Below are positions 52,306 to 62,294 of a stretch of DNA of 64,000 nucleotides, one piece after another. Origin of the DNA: Patescibacteria group bacterium (GTDB lineage Bacteria > Patescibacteriota > Gracilibacteria > UBA4473); NCBI GenBank assembly GCA_965660445.1, contig CBFIAK010000001.1, positions 256,001 through 320,000 on the forward strand, written 5' to 3'. Positions within the stretch are counted from its first letter, which is position 1. The number at the start of each line of letters is the position of its first letter. The notes below the pieces were generated by a model. It was not told the DNA's origin and made no database searches. It saw only the letters and a program-made list of their open reading frames with translations. The translations under genes were made by a program, and so were the position numbers.

Positions 52306-53319
52306 TTACTGAATTGGTGTATCAGGAGAAGGAATGTGTTGTTTGTAAACATTTTCAGGTTGTGTGGGTGTATTTTGTTGTAGCGATTGTCCAGAATAGG
52401 CTGGAGTATTCGTCCCTAAATTAAGAGCTTTAAATAAGTTTTTATCAAAACTATCAAGCGTGAGTGTTCGAATAGGGAATGGAATTTCAATCCCTGCTTT
52501 ATCATAGGCGAGTTTTAAGGCTTGCATTACTTCTGATTGAATAATTGGCCACGGAGATGTTGATTCAATCCAAAATCGAACTTCAAGGGTTATAGCAGAG
52601 TCTCCAAACTCAGTAACAAGTACGTTTGTTTTTGGTTTTACAACCACATCTGGGTGAGCTTCAACTGTTTTAAGGGTTAATTCAATAGCCTCTCGTAAAG
52701 GAGTTGAGTAATGAATTCCAACAGCAAATGAAATACGACGAAATGAGTTTTTAGTCGTGTTTCGAACAACTGACGTAAGCATATCAGAGTTTGGTACAAT
52801 ATGAATAGTTCCATCAAACCCTTGTATCTGGGTTGTTCGAGACTCAATTTCAATAATTTTTCCAAAAATACTGTTTACTTCAATCGTGTCTCCAATCATG
52901 AATTTTTTTTGAGTTAAAATAACCACTCCCGCAATAAAGTTGGCGAGTAAGTCTTTAAACGCAAACCCTAATCCTAACCCGAGAAATCCTAAAATAGAAG
53001 CAATATTAATACCTATAATACGAAACGATATTAAAAGCCCTAAAAATAAAACTCCCACATATACCGCACGATCAATCAAAATAATCATTTCTTGATGTAC
53101 ATCGTATCGAGATCGTGATGTAACACGATAAACAACGAGTTTCTTAACGAACCGAGCAAGGAAAAAAGAAAGTACAAAAACTAAAATAGCCGCTATCCAA
53201 TAAGGAAATGCAGAAGCAATTCCAGCAAGCATGTCTTGAACCCCTGTAGTGGATTCGTCTCGAACGTTTTGTGCAGCAGTTTGGGCAAATGCAACGGGAA
53301 TGATATGGAAAAATGACAT
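52306..53319 (-). CDS. mscS: Small-conductance mechanosensitive channel
   Basis: GLGLGFAFKDLLANFIAG, F.IGD.I, G.I..I..R.T, VPNS, FGDSAI, GIEIPFP. Confidence 0.92.
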   Translation of the reverse strand: MSFFHIIPVAFAQTAAQNVRDESTTGVQDMLAGIASAFPYWIAAILVFVLSFFLARFVKKLVVYRVTSRSRYDVHQEMIILIDRAVYVGVLFLGLLISFRIIGINIASILGFLGLGLGFAFKDLLANFIAGVVILTQKKFMIGDTIEVNSIFGKIIEIESRTTQIQGFDGTIHIVPNSDMLTSVVRNTTKNSFRRISFAVGIHYSTPLREAIELTLKTVEAHPDVVVKPKTNVLVTEFGDSAITLEVRFWIESTSPWPIIQSEVMQALKLAYDKAGIEIPFPIRTLTLDSFDKNLFKALNLGTNTPAYSGQSLQQNTPTQPENVYKQHIPSPDTPIQ

Positions 53320-53454
53320 AGCAAATGAATAAATCCCTCTATTATACCATGGAATAAACTTTTTTTCAACTAAAGCGCCTTGAAAAAGAGTTTGAGAATT
53401 TATACGTTTTTTTGTAGCATGAATACTGAACTGAAAACACATATACACACCGAT

Positions 53455-53895
53455 ATGAAAAAAAAAGGATTTCATCTATCAGAGCTTGTGGTCTTTATGC
53501 TTTGTGCAGGAGTACTTATGAGTGTTGTGGTATGGACTCTTTCTCCTGGAACACAACTTGTGTCACAACGAAACCAGAAACGAAGTCGAGATGTACAGCG
53601 TATTCAGCGATCAATACAGGCTTATTACGAGCATTTTGGTGATTTTCCAGAAGGTATCTCAGATAGAACGTCAGAAATATGTCGTCGAAACGAACCATGG
53701 TGTGGTGATATGATCGATTTTTCGTTACTTGATGATTTGGGAATTTACCCTGATATTTCCCCTGATCCACACGTCGCATCTCGTTATGGAACCGGATATT
53801 TTATTTTAAAAAAAGGATACACTCTCACTATTATTGCTGCTGGAGCAGAAAACGGAGAAATTATAGAATCAACATCGATTTATTCTCAAGAATGA
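53455..53895 (+). CDS. Type IV pilin / type II secretion pseudopilin-like protein
   Basis: KKKG|FHLSELVV prepilin cleavage site, R...R..D...I, PDP. Confidence 0.8.
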   Translation: MKKKGFHLSELVVFMLCAGVLMSVVVWTLSPGTQLVSQRNQKRSRDVQRIQRSIQAYYEHFGDFPEGISDRTSEICRRNEPWCGDMIDFSLLDDLGIYPDISPDPHVASRYGTGYFILKKGYTLTIIAAGAENGEIIESTSIYSQE

Positions 53896-54470
53896 AACAC
53901 TTGGTAGCTGGTATTGATGAAGCAGGAAGAGGAGCCCTTGCTGGTCCAGTGGTTGCAGCTGCGGTTATTGTGCCTGATGATTTTGATTGTACTCTTTTGA
54001 AAGATTCGAAAGTATTGAGTCCTCGAATTCGATCAGAGGTATGTGCTTTAATTATGGCTCATTGTATGTATGGAGTCGGTATGGTGTCAGCAAAAGATGT
54101 TGATCGACTGGGTATAAAAAAAGCAACCCATGCGGCTATGAAGAAAGCACTCCATACACTTCCATCTGTTCCTCAAGAACTCTGGATTGATGGAAATGAT
54201 GGGTTTGTATTCTCAATTCCATCTTCTGATTTTGTAAGGGGAGATGTTTTGTATCCTTGTATATCAGCAGCTTCAATTATTGCAAAAACAGTAAGAGATC
54301 AGTATATGTATGAAATTGCTGAGTCGTACCCGAAGTTTCAGTTTGATTCTCATAAAGGATATGGCACAGAATTTCATAGAAACCTTCTTGAAAAAGGGGA
54401 ATATACCCCTTTTCATCGTAAAACATATCAACCCTTAAAACAAGTGCTTACCCAAGGAAAACTGTTTTAG
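53892..54470 (+). CDS. rnhB: Ribonuclease HII
   Basis: AGIDEAGRGALAGPV, DSK, IDG, SAASIIAK..RD, KGYGT..H, HR. Confidence 0.96.
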   Translation: MKHLVAGIDEAGRGALAGPVVAAAVIVPDDFDCTLLKDSKVLSPRIRSEVCALIMAHCMYGVGMVSAKDVDRLGIKKATHAAMKKALHTLPSVPQELWIDGNDGFVFSIPSSDFVRGDVLYPCISAASIIAKTVRDQYMYEIAESYPKFQFDSHKGYGTEFHRNLLEKGEYTPFHRKTYQPLKQVLTQGKLF

Positions 54471-57400
54471 AGTTTGTTCTTTTGGAGAGAAATAATAATA
54501 GGTTCTCCATCAATCAAAACAGTATCATCATGCATATTATCATCAATAGCATCACTCTTGATAATGTTTTCAGCGAGTACTTCTTGTCCGATGAGAGATG
54601 AAAATTGATGAAAACATTCTTGTAGAAGTTTTGATTGTGTGTGATAAGTGAGAGTAATACGATCAGACAAATCAAAGTTTTGTGTTTTTCGGGTGTCTTG
54701 AATGTATCGAATGAGTTCTCGAGCAAGTCCTTCAAGCAGTAAATCATGTGTAATATCCGTATCAAGGATCACGACCATGTTTTGATAACTATCAGCTTCT
54801 ATCCCTTCTGAGCAGACAAACCCTATCTCGTATTCGTTTGGTTGAATAATTTCACCTTCTATAAGGAGGGACCCATCTTTTTGCATTTCAAATCGTCCTT
54901 CTTTTCCTGCTTGAAGTATGGCTTGTACTTTTTTTCCAAGTCGAGGCCCAGCCGTTTTTGCTTGAATCCGAACAATTCGTTCAGCAATTCCTTGAAGAGA
55001 AGTAAGCGTTTCAACTTTTTTGACGTTCGCTTCTTCTGCAATAATATGAAAATCAAGCTGAATGTCTTCCGTTACTAAAAACCGAAGCCGTGATAAAGGT
55101 TGTCGAAGCTTTATTTTTTTACGAGCGCGTATACTCGCAGCTAAACGCACAATATCACGAGTGATATTGGTCTTTTTTTCAATGTCAGGTTTCATTGCTT
55201 TTTTTATAGGAATGGGAAAAGAATCTAAATGAACAGAGTCGCCTCCACCTAAATCTCGATAGAGCTGTTCGGCTAAAAATGGACATACGGGGGCCAGTAT
55301 TTTTGAAAGAGAAAGTAATACCCAATGAAGTGTTTCGTATCCAGATTGTTTGTCCTCATTCATACCAGACGCCCAAAATCGTCTTCGAGATCGTCGTAAG
55401 TGCCAGTTGTTGAGTTTATCAATGAATTCAGGAATGTGTTTGAGTGCGGATTCTAATTTATACGCGTCAAAATGAGTGCGAAATTGGTCAATAACGTATT
55501 GAAGCTCCGATAAAATCCAGATATCAAGTTCGTTTTTTGGGGTCGGAAACGGAAAGAGTACCGTGTAATCCCCTGTGGAAAGTTTTGGAAATCGAAGAAT
55601 TTCTTCATGAGAACTGATGCCATGTATATGGGACTGTAAACACCGAATCGGAGCAAGATGAGAAACTATAGCAACCGTTTGTCCATGATGTTTTTTCTGA
55701 ATGTCAGCCCAAAATGAGGCCATTCTGTCTTGAATATGAGACAATTGTTCAGTATCGGCATGAAGAATGCAATCATGTGCTGATATAAATGGTTTTCCTT
55801 CAAGTGACCCAAATGACATTTCCGATAATCGATTGTCTTCGTGTAGATCGCATTTTTGTACTTCGCTCAAGAGTTTCGCTGTTTCTTTTGCTCGCTCAAA
55901 TGGGGATGTGTAGATGTTGTCTATAGATGCATGACTCAGTGTGCGAGCAAGTTCTTTTGCTTCTTTTATCCCTGATTCAGTAAGTGCGGATGATGTGTGA
56001 ATATCTCCGTTGTAAATACCAGTTGTATTATGTTGAGCTTCAGCATGTCTTATAGCAAAAATACGTGTTGGCTTCCATTCATCAAGGTTTGCGTATGTTG
56101 AGAAAAACTGATACGTCGATTTCAATGGCAGAATCACAGATTTTAAAACTTCAGCAACACCATATTCTGAAAATCGAAGGTTTTCACCTCGTGCAACAGG
56201 AGAGTTTAATAAATAAAACCGCATTGCATCAGCTCCGTATTTGTTAAATATATGTGACGGGTCAGGATAATTTTTCTTAGATTTCGACATCTTGCTTCCG
56301 TCTTCCGCTTGAATGATTCCGTTTGTAATAACATTTTTATAAATATTTTTTCCAAACAAGGCGACGCCTAACACGTGAAGGTTATAAAACCAACATCGTG
56401 TTTGATCTAACCCTTCCGCAATAAAGTCAGCCGCAGGAAAAACCGATTGAAGTTCATAAGGCGTGGCATTTTGAATTTTATTTTCCCATGGACCAGCAGG
56501 ACGGTTTTCGTTCCAGCTTTGTATCAACTGAATTGGATGCCCGTGTGACACAATAAGAATATTTTTTCCTTCGTATCGATTATTAATATCACGAATGCAA
56601 TCGGATACTCGTTTTTCACAATCAGCAATACTTTCTCCTTGGGGAAAAGGTTTATCTATAATGTTATGACTATCAATATACGCATGGCCTTCCTCTGATG
56701 GTTTGTCATCAAAGATTCCAAAATGAACCTCTTGAAGTCGTTCGTCTTCAATAATTTCTGCTCCTGATATTTCAGCAAATAGGTGGGCTGTCTCACGAGT
56801 ACGACGGAAAGGAGACGTGAAAATAATATCAATATCTTTGTAGCGATCTCGAATATCAAGTACACTTTTTCGTCCCTTTGAAGTAATACCATATTTTTCG
56901 GCAGACTGTGTGGTGCACGAAAGAATTTCTTGTACATTGTTTTCTGCTTGTGCGTGTCGAATGACTACAAATCGGTTCTTAAAAAACCGATGATGTGGCT
57001 CAAATGGGTAATGTTGTGACGCATATGGCATAGACCCTGATTCAAACCAACAATCAAGAACTTCTGGAATACGTCGCATAGTACCTCCCGTTTCAGGGTG
57101 TGTCCATGTGAGATCATCTATAAAGTGACGATGGAGATCAGAAACAGGTTTACCGCTCAAGCGTTCAAGTTCGGCTTTACTGCCAATGACTTGGCATACG
57201 CCGGTTTTATCACATTTCCAGACAGGAATAGGAGTTCCCCAGTATCGGTTTCGAGAAATAGCCCAATCAGGAGCACTTTCGAGACCTTTTCCAAATCGAC
57301 CGTGTTTTAGATAATCAGGTATCCAGTGAATGTTTTCATTCATATCTATTAAATCAGCCTTGATGGACTGAATATCAACAAACCATGTTTTGATACCCGT

Positions 57401-58666
57401 ATACATAAGAGCACATTCAGTTCTCCAACAATGAGGATAAGAATGTCGTATTTGTGCTCTATGGAATAAGGAATGATTTTCTTTTACATATTGAATAACC
57501 CATTCGTTTGCATTATCGGTTGTGTGCTCACCAACTTCTCTATCAAATCGGAAATATTTTCCAGAGAGCTCCTTGATTGTGTCATCAAAATATCCGTTCT
57601 GATCAATTGGAGAAACGAGTGGTGCAATATCGTTTTCTTGGCATACTCGAGCATCGTCTTCCCCGAAGTTTGGAGCTAGATGAACGATTCCAGTTCCGTC
57701 AGTATCGGAAACAAAATCTCCTTTGATAACACGAAAAGCGTTCTTATGGTTTTTAAAAAACGGAAAAAGAGGTGTATAAGCCGTTCCTATCAACGATGCT
57801 CCATCAATTTTACGTTGAATATCAATGGGGTCTTTGAATATCTTTTCAAGAAGGTTTTCTGCTACAATATAAGAGAGTCCATCAATAGGTTTTGTTTGGA
57901 CGTATTGAATATCCGGATGAACTCCAAGCGCAAGATTTGAAGGTAGTGTCCATGGAGTAGTAGTCCATGCTAAAAAGAAAACAGAGACGTCTTCCCCAAG
58001 TGAGACTCGTTTATCAGTGGTTTTAAATTTAACAGTCAATGTTGGGTCATCAATGTCTTTGTAATTGAGACCGGCTTCAAAGTTCGAAAGAGGACTCCCA
58101 AGCTTTGGAGAATAAGCTACCACTTTTTCACCTTCATAAATAAGTCCTTTGTTCCATAACTGATGAAAAACCCACCAAACAGATTCCATGAATTTTGGAT
58201 CCATGGTTTTGTAATCGTCTTGAAAATCAACAAAACGCCCCATGCGCTCAACGGTGTCTTCCCATTGGTCTCTGCAGCGAAGTACTACAGAACGACATAG
58301 TTCATTAAAATTCCCAATCCCCATAGCTTCTATGCCGGGTTTTCCTCCGATTTGGTGTTCTTTTTCGACCTGAAATTCTACGGGGACTCCGTGACAATCC
58401 CAACCCCATTTTCGTTCTACGCGGTATCCTCTCATGGTTTTGTATCGAGGAATGGCGTCTTTCAAGGCTCCAGCAAGAATATGTCCGTAATGCGGTGTTC
58501 CAGTAGCAAACGGTGGGCCATCAAAGAATACAAAGGGGTTTTGTGTTGATCGAGATGAAATAGATCGTTTAAAAATGGAATGATCTCTCCAATAAGAGAG
58601 AATTTTTTCTTCTGACTGAGCAACGGTTTCTTTGGTTTGTGAACTGGGAAAAAAAGGAGTCATCAT
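54467..58666 (-). CDS. ileS: Isoleucyl-tRNA synthetase type 2 with two inserted histidine-phosphatase domains
   Basis: DGPPFATGTPHYGH, GWDCHG, WTTTPWTLPSN, DW.ISR.RYWG, EGLDQTR.WF, KMSKS; insertions start with RHAQA and RHAEA. Confidence 0.95.
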   Translation of the reverse strand: MMTPFFPSSQTKETVAQSEEKILSYWRDHSIFKRSISSRSTQNPFVFFDGPPFATGTPHYGHILAGALKDAIPRYKTMRGYRVERKWGWDCHGVPVEFQVEKEHQIGGKPGIEAMGIGNFNELCRSVVLRCRDQWEDTVERMGRFVDFQDDYKTMDPKFMESVWWVFHQLWNKGLIYEGEKVVAYSPKLGSPLSNFEAGLNYKDIDDPTLTVKFKTTDKRVSLGEDVSVFFLAWTTTPWTLPSNLALGVHPDIQYVQTKPIDGLSYIVAENLLEKIFKDPIDIQRKIDGASLIGTAYTPLFPFFKNHKNAFRVIKGDFVSDTDGTGIVHLAPNFGEDDARVCQENDIAPLVSPIDQNGYFDDTIKELSGKYFRFDREVGEHTTDNANEWVIQYVKENHSLFHRAQIRHSYPHCWRTECALMYTGIKTWFVDIQSIKADLIDMNENIHWIPDYLKHGRFGKGLESAPDWAISRNRYWGTPIPVWKCDKTGVCQVIGSKAELERLSGKPVSDLHRHFIDDLTWTHPETGGTMRRIPEVLDCWFESGSMPYASQHYPFEPHHRFFKNRFVVIRHAQAENNVQEILSCTTQSAEKYGITSKGRKSVLDIRDRYKDIDIIFTSPFRRTRETAHLFAEISGAEIIEDERLQEVHFGIFDDKPSEEGHAYIDSHNIIDKPFPQGESIADCEKRVSDCIRDINNRYEGKNILIVSHGHPIQLIQSWNENRPAGPWENKIQNATPYELQSVFPAADFIAEGLDQTRCWFYNLHVLGVALFGKNIYKNVITNGIIQAEDGSKMSKSKKNYPDPSHIFNKYGADAMRFYLLNSPVARGENLRFSEYGVAEVLKSVILPLKSTYQFFSTYANLDEWKPTRIFAIRHAEAQHNTTGIYNGDIHTSSALTESGIKEAKELARTLSHASIDNIYTSPFERAKETAKLLSEVQKCDLHEDNRLSEMSFGSLEGKPFISAHDCILHADTEQLSHIQDRMASFWADIQKKHHGQTVAIVSHLAPIRCLQSHIHGISSHEEILRFPKLSTGDYTVLFPFPTPKNELDIWILSELQYVIDQFRTHFDAYKLESALKHIPEFIDKLNNWHLRRSRRRFWASGMNEDKQSGYETLHWVLLSLSKILAPVCPFLAEQLYRDLGGGDSVHLDSFPIPIKKAMKPDIEKKTNITRDIVRLAASIRARKKIKLRQPLSRLRFLVTEDIQLDFHIIAEEANVKKVETLTSLQGIAERIVRIQAKTAGPRLGKKVQAILQAGKEGRFEMQKDGSLLIEGEIIQPNEYEIGFVCSEGIEADSYQNMVVILDTDITHDLLLEGLARELIRYIQDTRKTQNFDLSDRITLTYHTQSKLLQECFHQFSSLIGQEVLAENIIKSDAIDDNMHDDTVLIDGEPIIISLQKNKL

Positions 58667-58967
58667 AAAAAATAAGAAAATACATATATATATGTATTCG
58701 AGAGTCGTATTTAGAGGTTACGACGGTACCATCTCGAAAATTTGCTTAATTTTTTGATAACGCTCAAACAGAGAAAAACGATGGAATCTACTTTTTAAAC
58801 AATGGTGTTTAAATTTCTCTCCATTCCCGTCCCTGATATTTGGGATCGTGGGTGATTACCACTCAGCGGGATCTAGTGAATGTAGACAACAGAATAACCA
58901 ATCAGTTATTTTTGTCTTTTATATAAAAAAGCAATTGCATTATATAAAAATGATTGAAAAGGTGCAA
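58667..58967 (-). promoter_or_regulatory. Promoter plus T-box-like leader of ileS
   Basis: TTGCAC-17-TATAAT (58939-58967); antiterminator TTCGAGA-TGGTACC-GTCGTA...TACGAC-TCTCGAA (58697-58738); upstream AGTA and CGTTA elements. Confidence 0.7.
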
Positions 58968-59048
58968 TGTTTTTTTATGTGAAAATAGAGAAATAAAAAG
59001 AGCCACAGAGACAAAAAAGCATAAAAAATAAAAAAGACCAAAAAAAGC

Positions 59049-59076
59049 TTGACAATTCCTTTTCTGACGATAAACT
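59049..59076 (+). promoter_or_regulatory. Promoter of the infA-rpsI operon
   Basis: TTGACA-16 nt-TAAACT. Confidence 0.6.
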
Positions 59077-59106
59077 TGCGAGGCTTTTTAATAGGTTATA
59101 GTCTCA

Positions 59107-59337
59107 ATGGCAAAAGATAATGTTGTGGAAGCCGAAGGTGTGATTACCATGAATTATCCTGGTTCTGAGTTTCAAGTGGAACTGACAACCGAGGGTTTTG
59201 AAGGTCATAAAATTCGAGCTCGATTGTCTGGAAAAATGCGAATGCATTATATTCGTATTGTGCCAGGAGACAAGGTGCGGGTGGAATTAGCCCCCTATAA
59301 TCTAGAAGAAGGAAGAATAACCTTCCGTTATCGTTAA
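59107..59337 (+). CDS. infA: Translation initiation factor IF-1
   Basis: SGKMRMHYIRIVPGDKV.VE..PY....GRITFR. Confidence 0.97.
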   Translation: MAKDNVVEAEGVITMNYPGSEFQVELTTEGFEGHKIRARLSGKMRMHYIRIVPGDKVRVELAPYNLEEGRITFRYR

Positions 59338-59348
59338 TTATTTAAACC

Positions 59349-59474
59349 ATGAAAATTGTGTGTTCCCTCAAGTCGGCTAAGAAACGAGACATTAATTGTC
59401 AGGTTGTGCGTCGGCACGGGAAAGTTTTTGTGATTAATAAAAAGAATCCAAAACTAAAAGCAAGACAGCGATAA
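59349..59474 (+). CDS. rpmJ: 50S ribosomal protein L36, type B (zinc-independent, YkgO-like); not in ORF track
   Basis: Manual translation [41 protein letters not shown]. Confidence 0.92.
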   Translation: MKIVCSLKSAKKRDINCQVVRRHGKVFVINKKNPKLKARQR

Positions 59475-59493
59475 TCTATTATTTGATACATTC

Positions 59494-59871
59494 ATGCGTA
59501 TAGCAAATACTACAATTCCGGCAGATAAAAGAGTGATTATTAGTTTGACTTATGTTTATGGGGTTGGTCCAAAGCGAGCGAAGGATCTTTGTGTGGCTGC
59601 AAATATTGAGGATCATGTTCGAGTGAAGGATCTCACTATTGAACAAGAACAAGCTATTCGGACGGCATTGGCTGATTTGAAGGTGCCACTAGAGGCTGAT
59701 CTGCGTCGAGAGATATCACAAAACATCAAACGATTGCAAGATATTGGGTCGTATCGAGGGTTTCGTCATCGACATCGGTTGCCGGTGCGAGGACAAAGAA
59801 CAAAAACAAATGCAAAAACTCGAAAAGGTCGAGGACGTGCAATTGCAAATAAAAAAATAGCAACTAAATAA
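59494..59871 (+). CDS. rpsM: 30S ribosomal protein S13
   Basis: [16 protein letters not shown]...[12 protein letters not shown]. Confidence 0.98.
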   Translation: MRIANTTIPADKRVIISLTYVYGVGPKRAKDLCVAANIEDHVRVKDLTIEQEQAIRTALADLKVPLEADLRREISQNIKRLQDIGSYRGFRHRHRLPVRGQRTKTNAKTRKGRGRAIANKKIATK

Positions 59872-59875
59872 TACT

Positions 59876-60256
59876 ATGGCAAAGACAACTAAAAAACGGG
59901 TGCGAAAAAGTTTTGAGCATGGGCGAGTGTATGTCGCTGCTCGATACAATAATACGATTGTAACACTTACTGATCCAGACGGAAATGTTTTGGGTTGGAG
60001 TAGTCCGGGAGCAAATGGATACAAAGGAGCTCGTCAGTCAACACCTTATGCGGGGCAGATGTCTGCAGAGAAGGTGGCAGAATTGGCACAAACGTTTGGT
60101 ATTCAGACAGTTGATGTTTTCTTGAAAGGGATGGGGCCTGGTCGTGATCAAACAGTTCGAGGTCTTATCAATAAAGGATTGGATGTGGTTTCTATTGCGG
60201 AACAAACTCGAGTGCCTCATGGAGGGTGTCGCCCAAAACGAGTGCGAAAAATTTAA
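59876..60256 (+). CDS. rpsK: 30S ribosomal protein S11
   Basis: NNTIVTLTD..GN, STPYA, GPGR, PHGGCRP. Confidence 0.98.
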   Translation: MAKTTKKRVRKSFEHGRVYVAARYNNTIVTLTDPDGNVLGWSSPGANGYKGARQSTPYAGQMSAEKVAELAQTFGIQTVDVFLKGMGPGRDQTVRGLINKGLDVVSIAEQTRVPHGGCRPKRVRKI

Positions 60257-60288
60257 TTTTGATTTACTTTTAATTTACTCACTATTTA

Positions 60289-60903
60289 ATGAGATATACA
60301 GGACCAAAAGCACGACTTTGTAGACGAGAAGGTATTAACCTTTTTGGATCACCAAAATATCAGAAAATTTTGCAAAAACGATCTGGTATTCCCGGTATTC
60401 ATGGTGGTGGACGAATGGGGAAAATAACGGAATATGCACGACAATTGCGAGAAAAACAAAAAGCAAAACGAGTATATGGGTTATCTGAAAAACAATTTTA
60501 TCGATGTTTCCAAGAAGCAACTCGTCGAAAAGGGGTAACAGGAGAAAACTTGTTTGAATTATTGGAACGACGATTGGATAATGTGCTTTTTCGATCAGGG
60601 TTTGCGTTGAGTAGACCTCAGGCACGGCAGTTTGCAACACATGGTTTGTTTTTGTTAAATGGTCGACGAGTGGATATTCCTTCTATTATTGTGAATCCTG
60701 GAGATGTTATTGAAATTCGATCAAAAACAAAAGGTGCTTCTATTTTTCATAAAAATGCAGAAGAAATGAAAGATTATACTGCTCCTGATTGGTTAAAGGC
60801 TGATTCAGGAAAACTGAAAGTAGAAGTGTTAGAGTTGCCACAAGCAAAACATTTTGAGTCTTTTGTTGATACACAGCTTATTGTTGAGTTCTATTCTCGT
60901 TAA
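60289..60903 (+). CDS. rpsD: 30S ribosomal protein S4
   Basis: RYTGP, QLREKQK, LERRLDN, ARQ...HG, VEFYSR. Confidence 0.98.
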   Translation: MRYTGPKARLCRREGINLFGSPKYQKILQKRSGIPGIHGGGRMGKITEYARQLREKQKAKRVYGLSEKQFYRCFQEATRRKGVTGENLFELLERRLDNVLFRSGFALSRPQARQFATHGLFLLNGRRVDIPSIIVNPGDVIEIRSKTKGASIFHKNAEEMKDYTAPDWLKADSGKLKVEVLELPQAKHFESFVDTQLIVEFYSR

Positions 60904-60924
60904 TTTTTTAATTTTCTTTACTAC

Positions 60925-61926
60925 ATGCATATTCTTCATCAAGAAATCGGCGCACCACAAATCAGAATCGAATCGGATTCGAAAACATCCGCACGGTTGG
61001 TGATGAATCCTCTTCCATCGGGATATGGGTATACTATTGGAAATGCATTGCGACGAGTATTGCTTTCGAGTTTGCCAGGAACAGGAATTACAGCGTTAAA
61101 GATTTCAGGTGTTACTCATGAGTATGCAACTATTACTGGAATTAAAGAAACAGTTTTTGATGTTATGCTGAACCTACGACAATTGAGACTGAAGAAACAC
61201 ACAAAGGGGGTAGAAGAAGTAGTGATTCCGTTTGTGAAATCAGGAATTATTACGGCGAAAGATTTACAAGTTTCAAGTGATATTGAAATTTTAGATCCTA
61301 CTCAGTATATCACAACATGTGATGGAGCTGATTCAAAACAAAAAATGACGATCCGTGTTGAAAGAGGGGTTGGGTATATGTTGGTTGCGAATACAGATAA
61401 TGCAAAAGAAGAAGATCCAGAGTATATGCTTATGGATGTAAATTTTTCACCCGTAACGCATGTGGAATACAAAGTAAATCCTGCGCGTGTGGGAGGAGAA
61501 ACAAATCTTCATGAATTAGAATTAGTTGTAAAAACAAATGGATCTATTGAAGCAATACAGGCTTTGAAGTTAGCAGCGAGTATGTTACAAAGCTATTTTG
61601 AGTTATTTAATAATGAAGATGCATATACTGATGAAGATTTCACAACATCTTTTGAACAATTAAAAAAGAAGAAAGAGTCAGAAGAAGCAGAGGCTTCTGC
61701 AAATCAAGAGGTGTCATTTACACCAATTGATATCTTAGGACTTTCTCAACGAACGCTGAATGCATTGGTGAATGGAAATATTAATTCTGTAGAAGAATTG
61801 ATTGCAACTCCAATGAAAACCCTAGCGCAGTTCCGAGGGTTTGGACAAAAAGCAAAAGTAGAACTTGATCAAGTTCTTATGGAACGCGGATATGTACTTC
61901 CTACTGAAAAAAAAATTGATAAATAA
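60925..61926 (+). CDS. rpoA: RNA polymerase alpha subunit
   Basis: PL..GYG.T.GNALRRVLLSS, HEY.TI.G, FSPV, LSQR..NAL. Confidence 0.97.
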   Translation: MHILHQEIGAPQIRIESDSKTSARLVMNPLPSGYGYTIGNALRRVLLSSLPGTGITALKISGVTHEYATITGIKETVFDVMLNLRQLRLKKHTKGVEEVVIPFVKSGIITAKDLQVSSDIEILDPTQYITTCDGADSKQKMTIRVERGVGYMLVANTDNAKEEDPEYMLMDVNFSPVTHVEYKVNPARVGGETNLHELELVVKTNGSIEAIQALKLAASMLQSYFELFNNEDAYTDEDFTTSFEQLKKKKESEEAEASANQEVSFTPIDILGLSQRTLNALVNGNINSVEELIATPMKTLAQFRGFGQKAKVELDQVLMERGYVLPTEKKIDK

Positions 61927-61928
61927 TC

Positions 61929-62294
61929 ATGAGACATAATAATTCTAAACACATCCTTAATCGTCCAGCTGATCAACGAAAAGCGTTGAAGCGGAATCTG
62001 CTTACTTCTTTGTTTTTGTACGGAAAAGTACGAACAACAGAAGCAAAAGCAAAAGCTCTTTCGTCTGAAGTAGAAAAACTCATCACAACGGTTAAACGTC
62101 AAAAAGAAGAGTTTAATGCTATTCGAGAGTTAAAACGAGTACTCTTTACAGAAAATGCATGTCGAAGTGCACTTGAGTACATTAAAAAAACACCAAAAAC
62201 ATCAGGGTTTTCTCGTCGTGTGAAAGTTGGATATCGAGACGGAGATGGTGCGCTTTTGGTTCATGTGGAATTAATTACTGACGCAAATGCATAA
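61929..62294 (+). CDS. rplQ: 50S ribosomal protein L17
   Basis: MRH, R.AL.RNL, TTEAKAK, EKLIT, R.GDGA. Confidence 0.96.
   Translation: MRHNNSKHILNRPADQRKALKRNLLTSLFLYGKVRTTEAKAKALSSEVEKLITTVKRQKEEFNAIRELKRVLFTENACRSALEYIKKTPKTSGFSRRVKVGYRDGDGALLVHVELITDANA

Noticed and set aside
17757-52352. Short ORFs at 17757-18038, 31605-31805 and 52167-52352
   Set aside because: They are largely translations of the mosaic repeats
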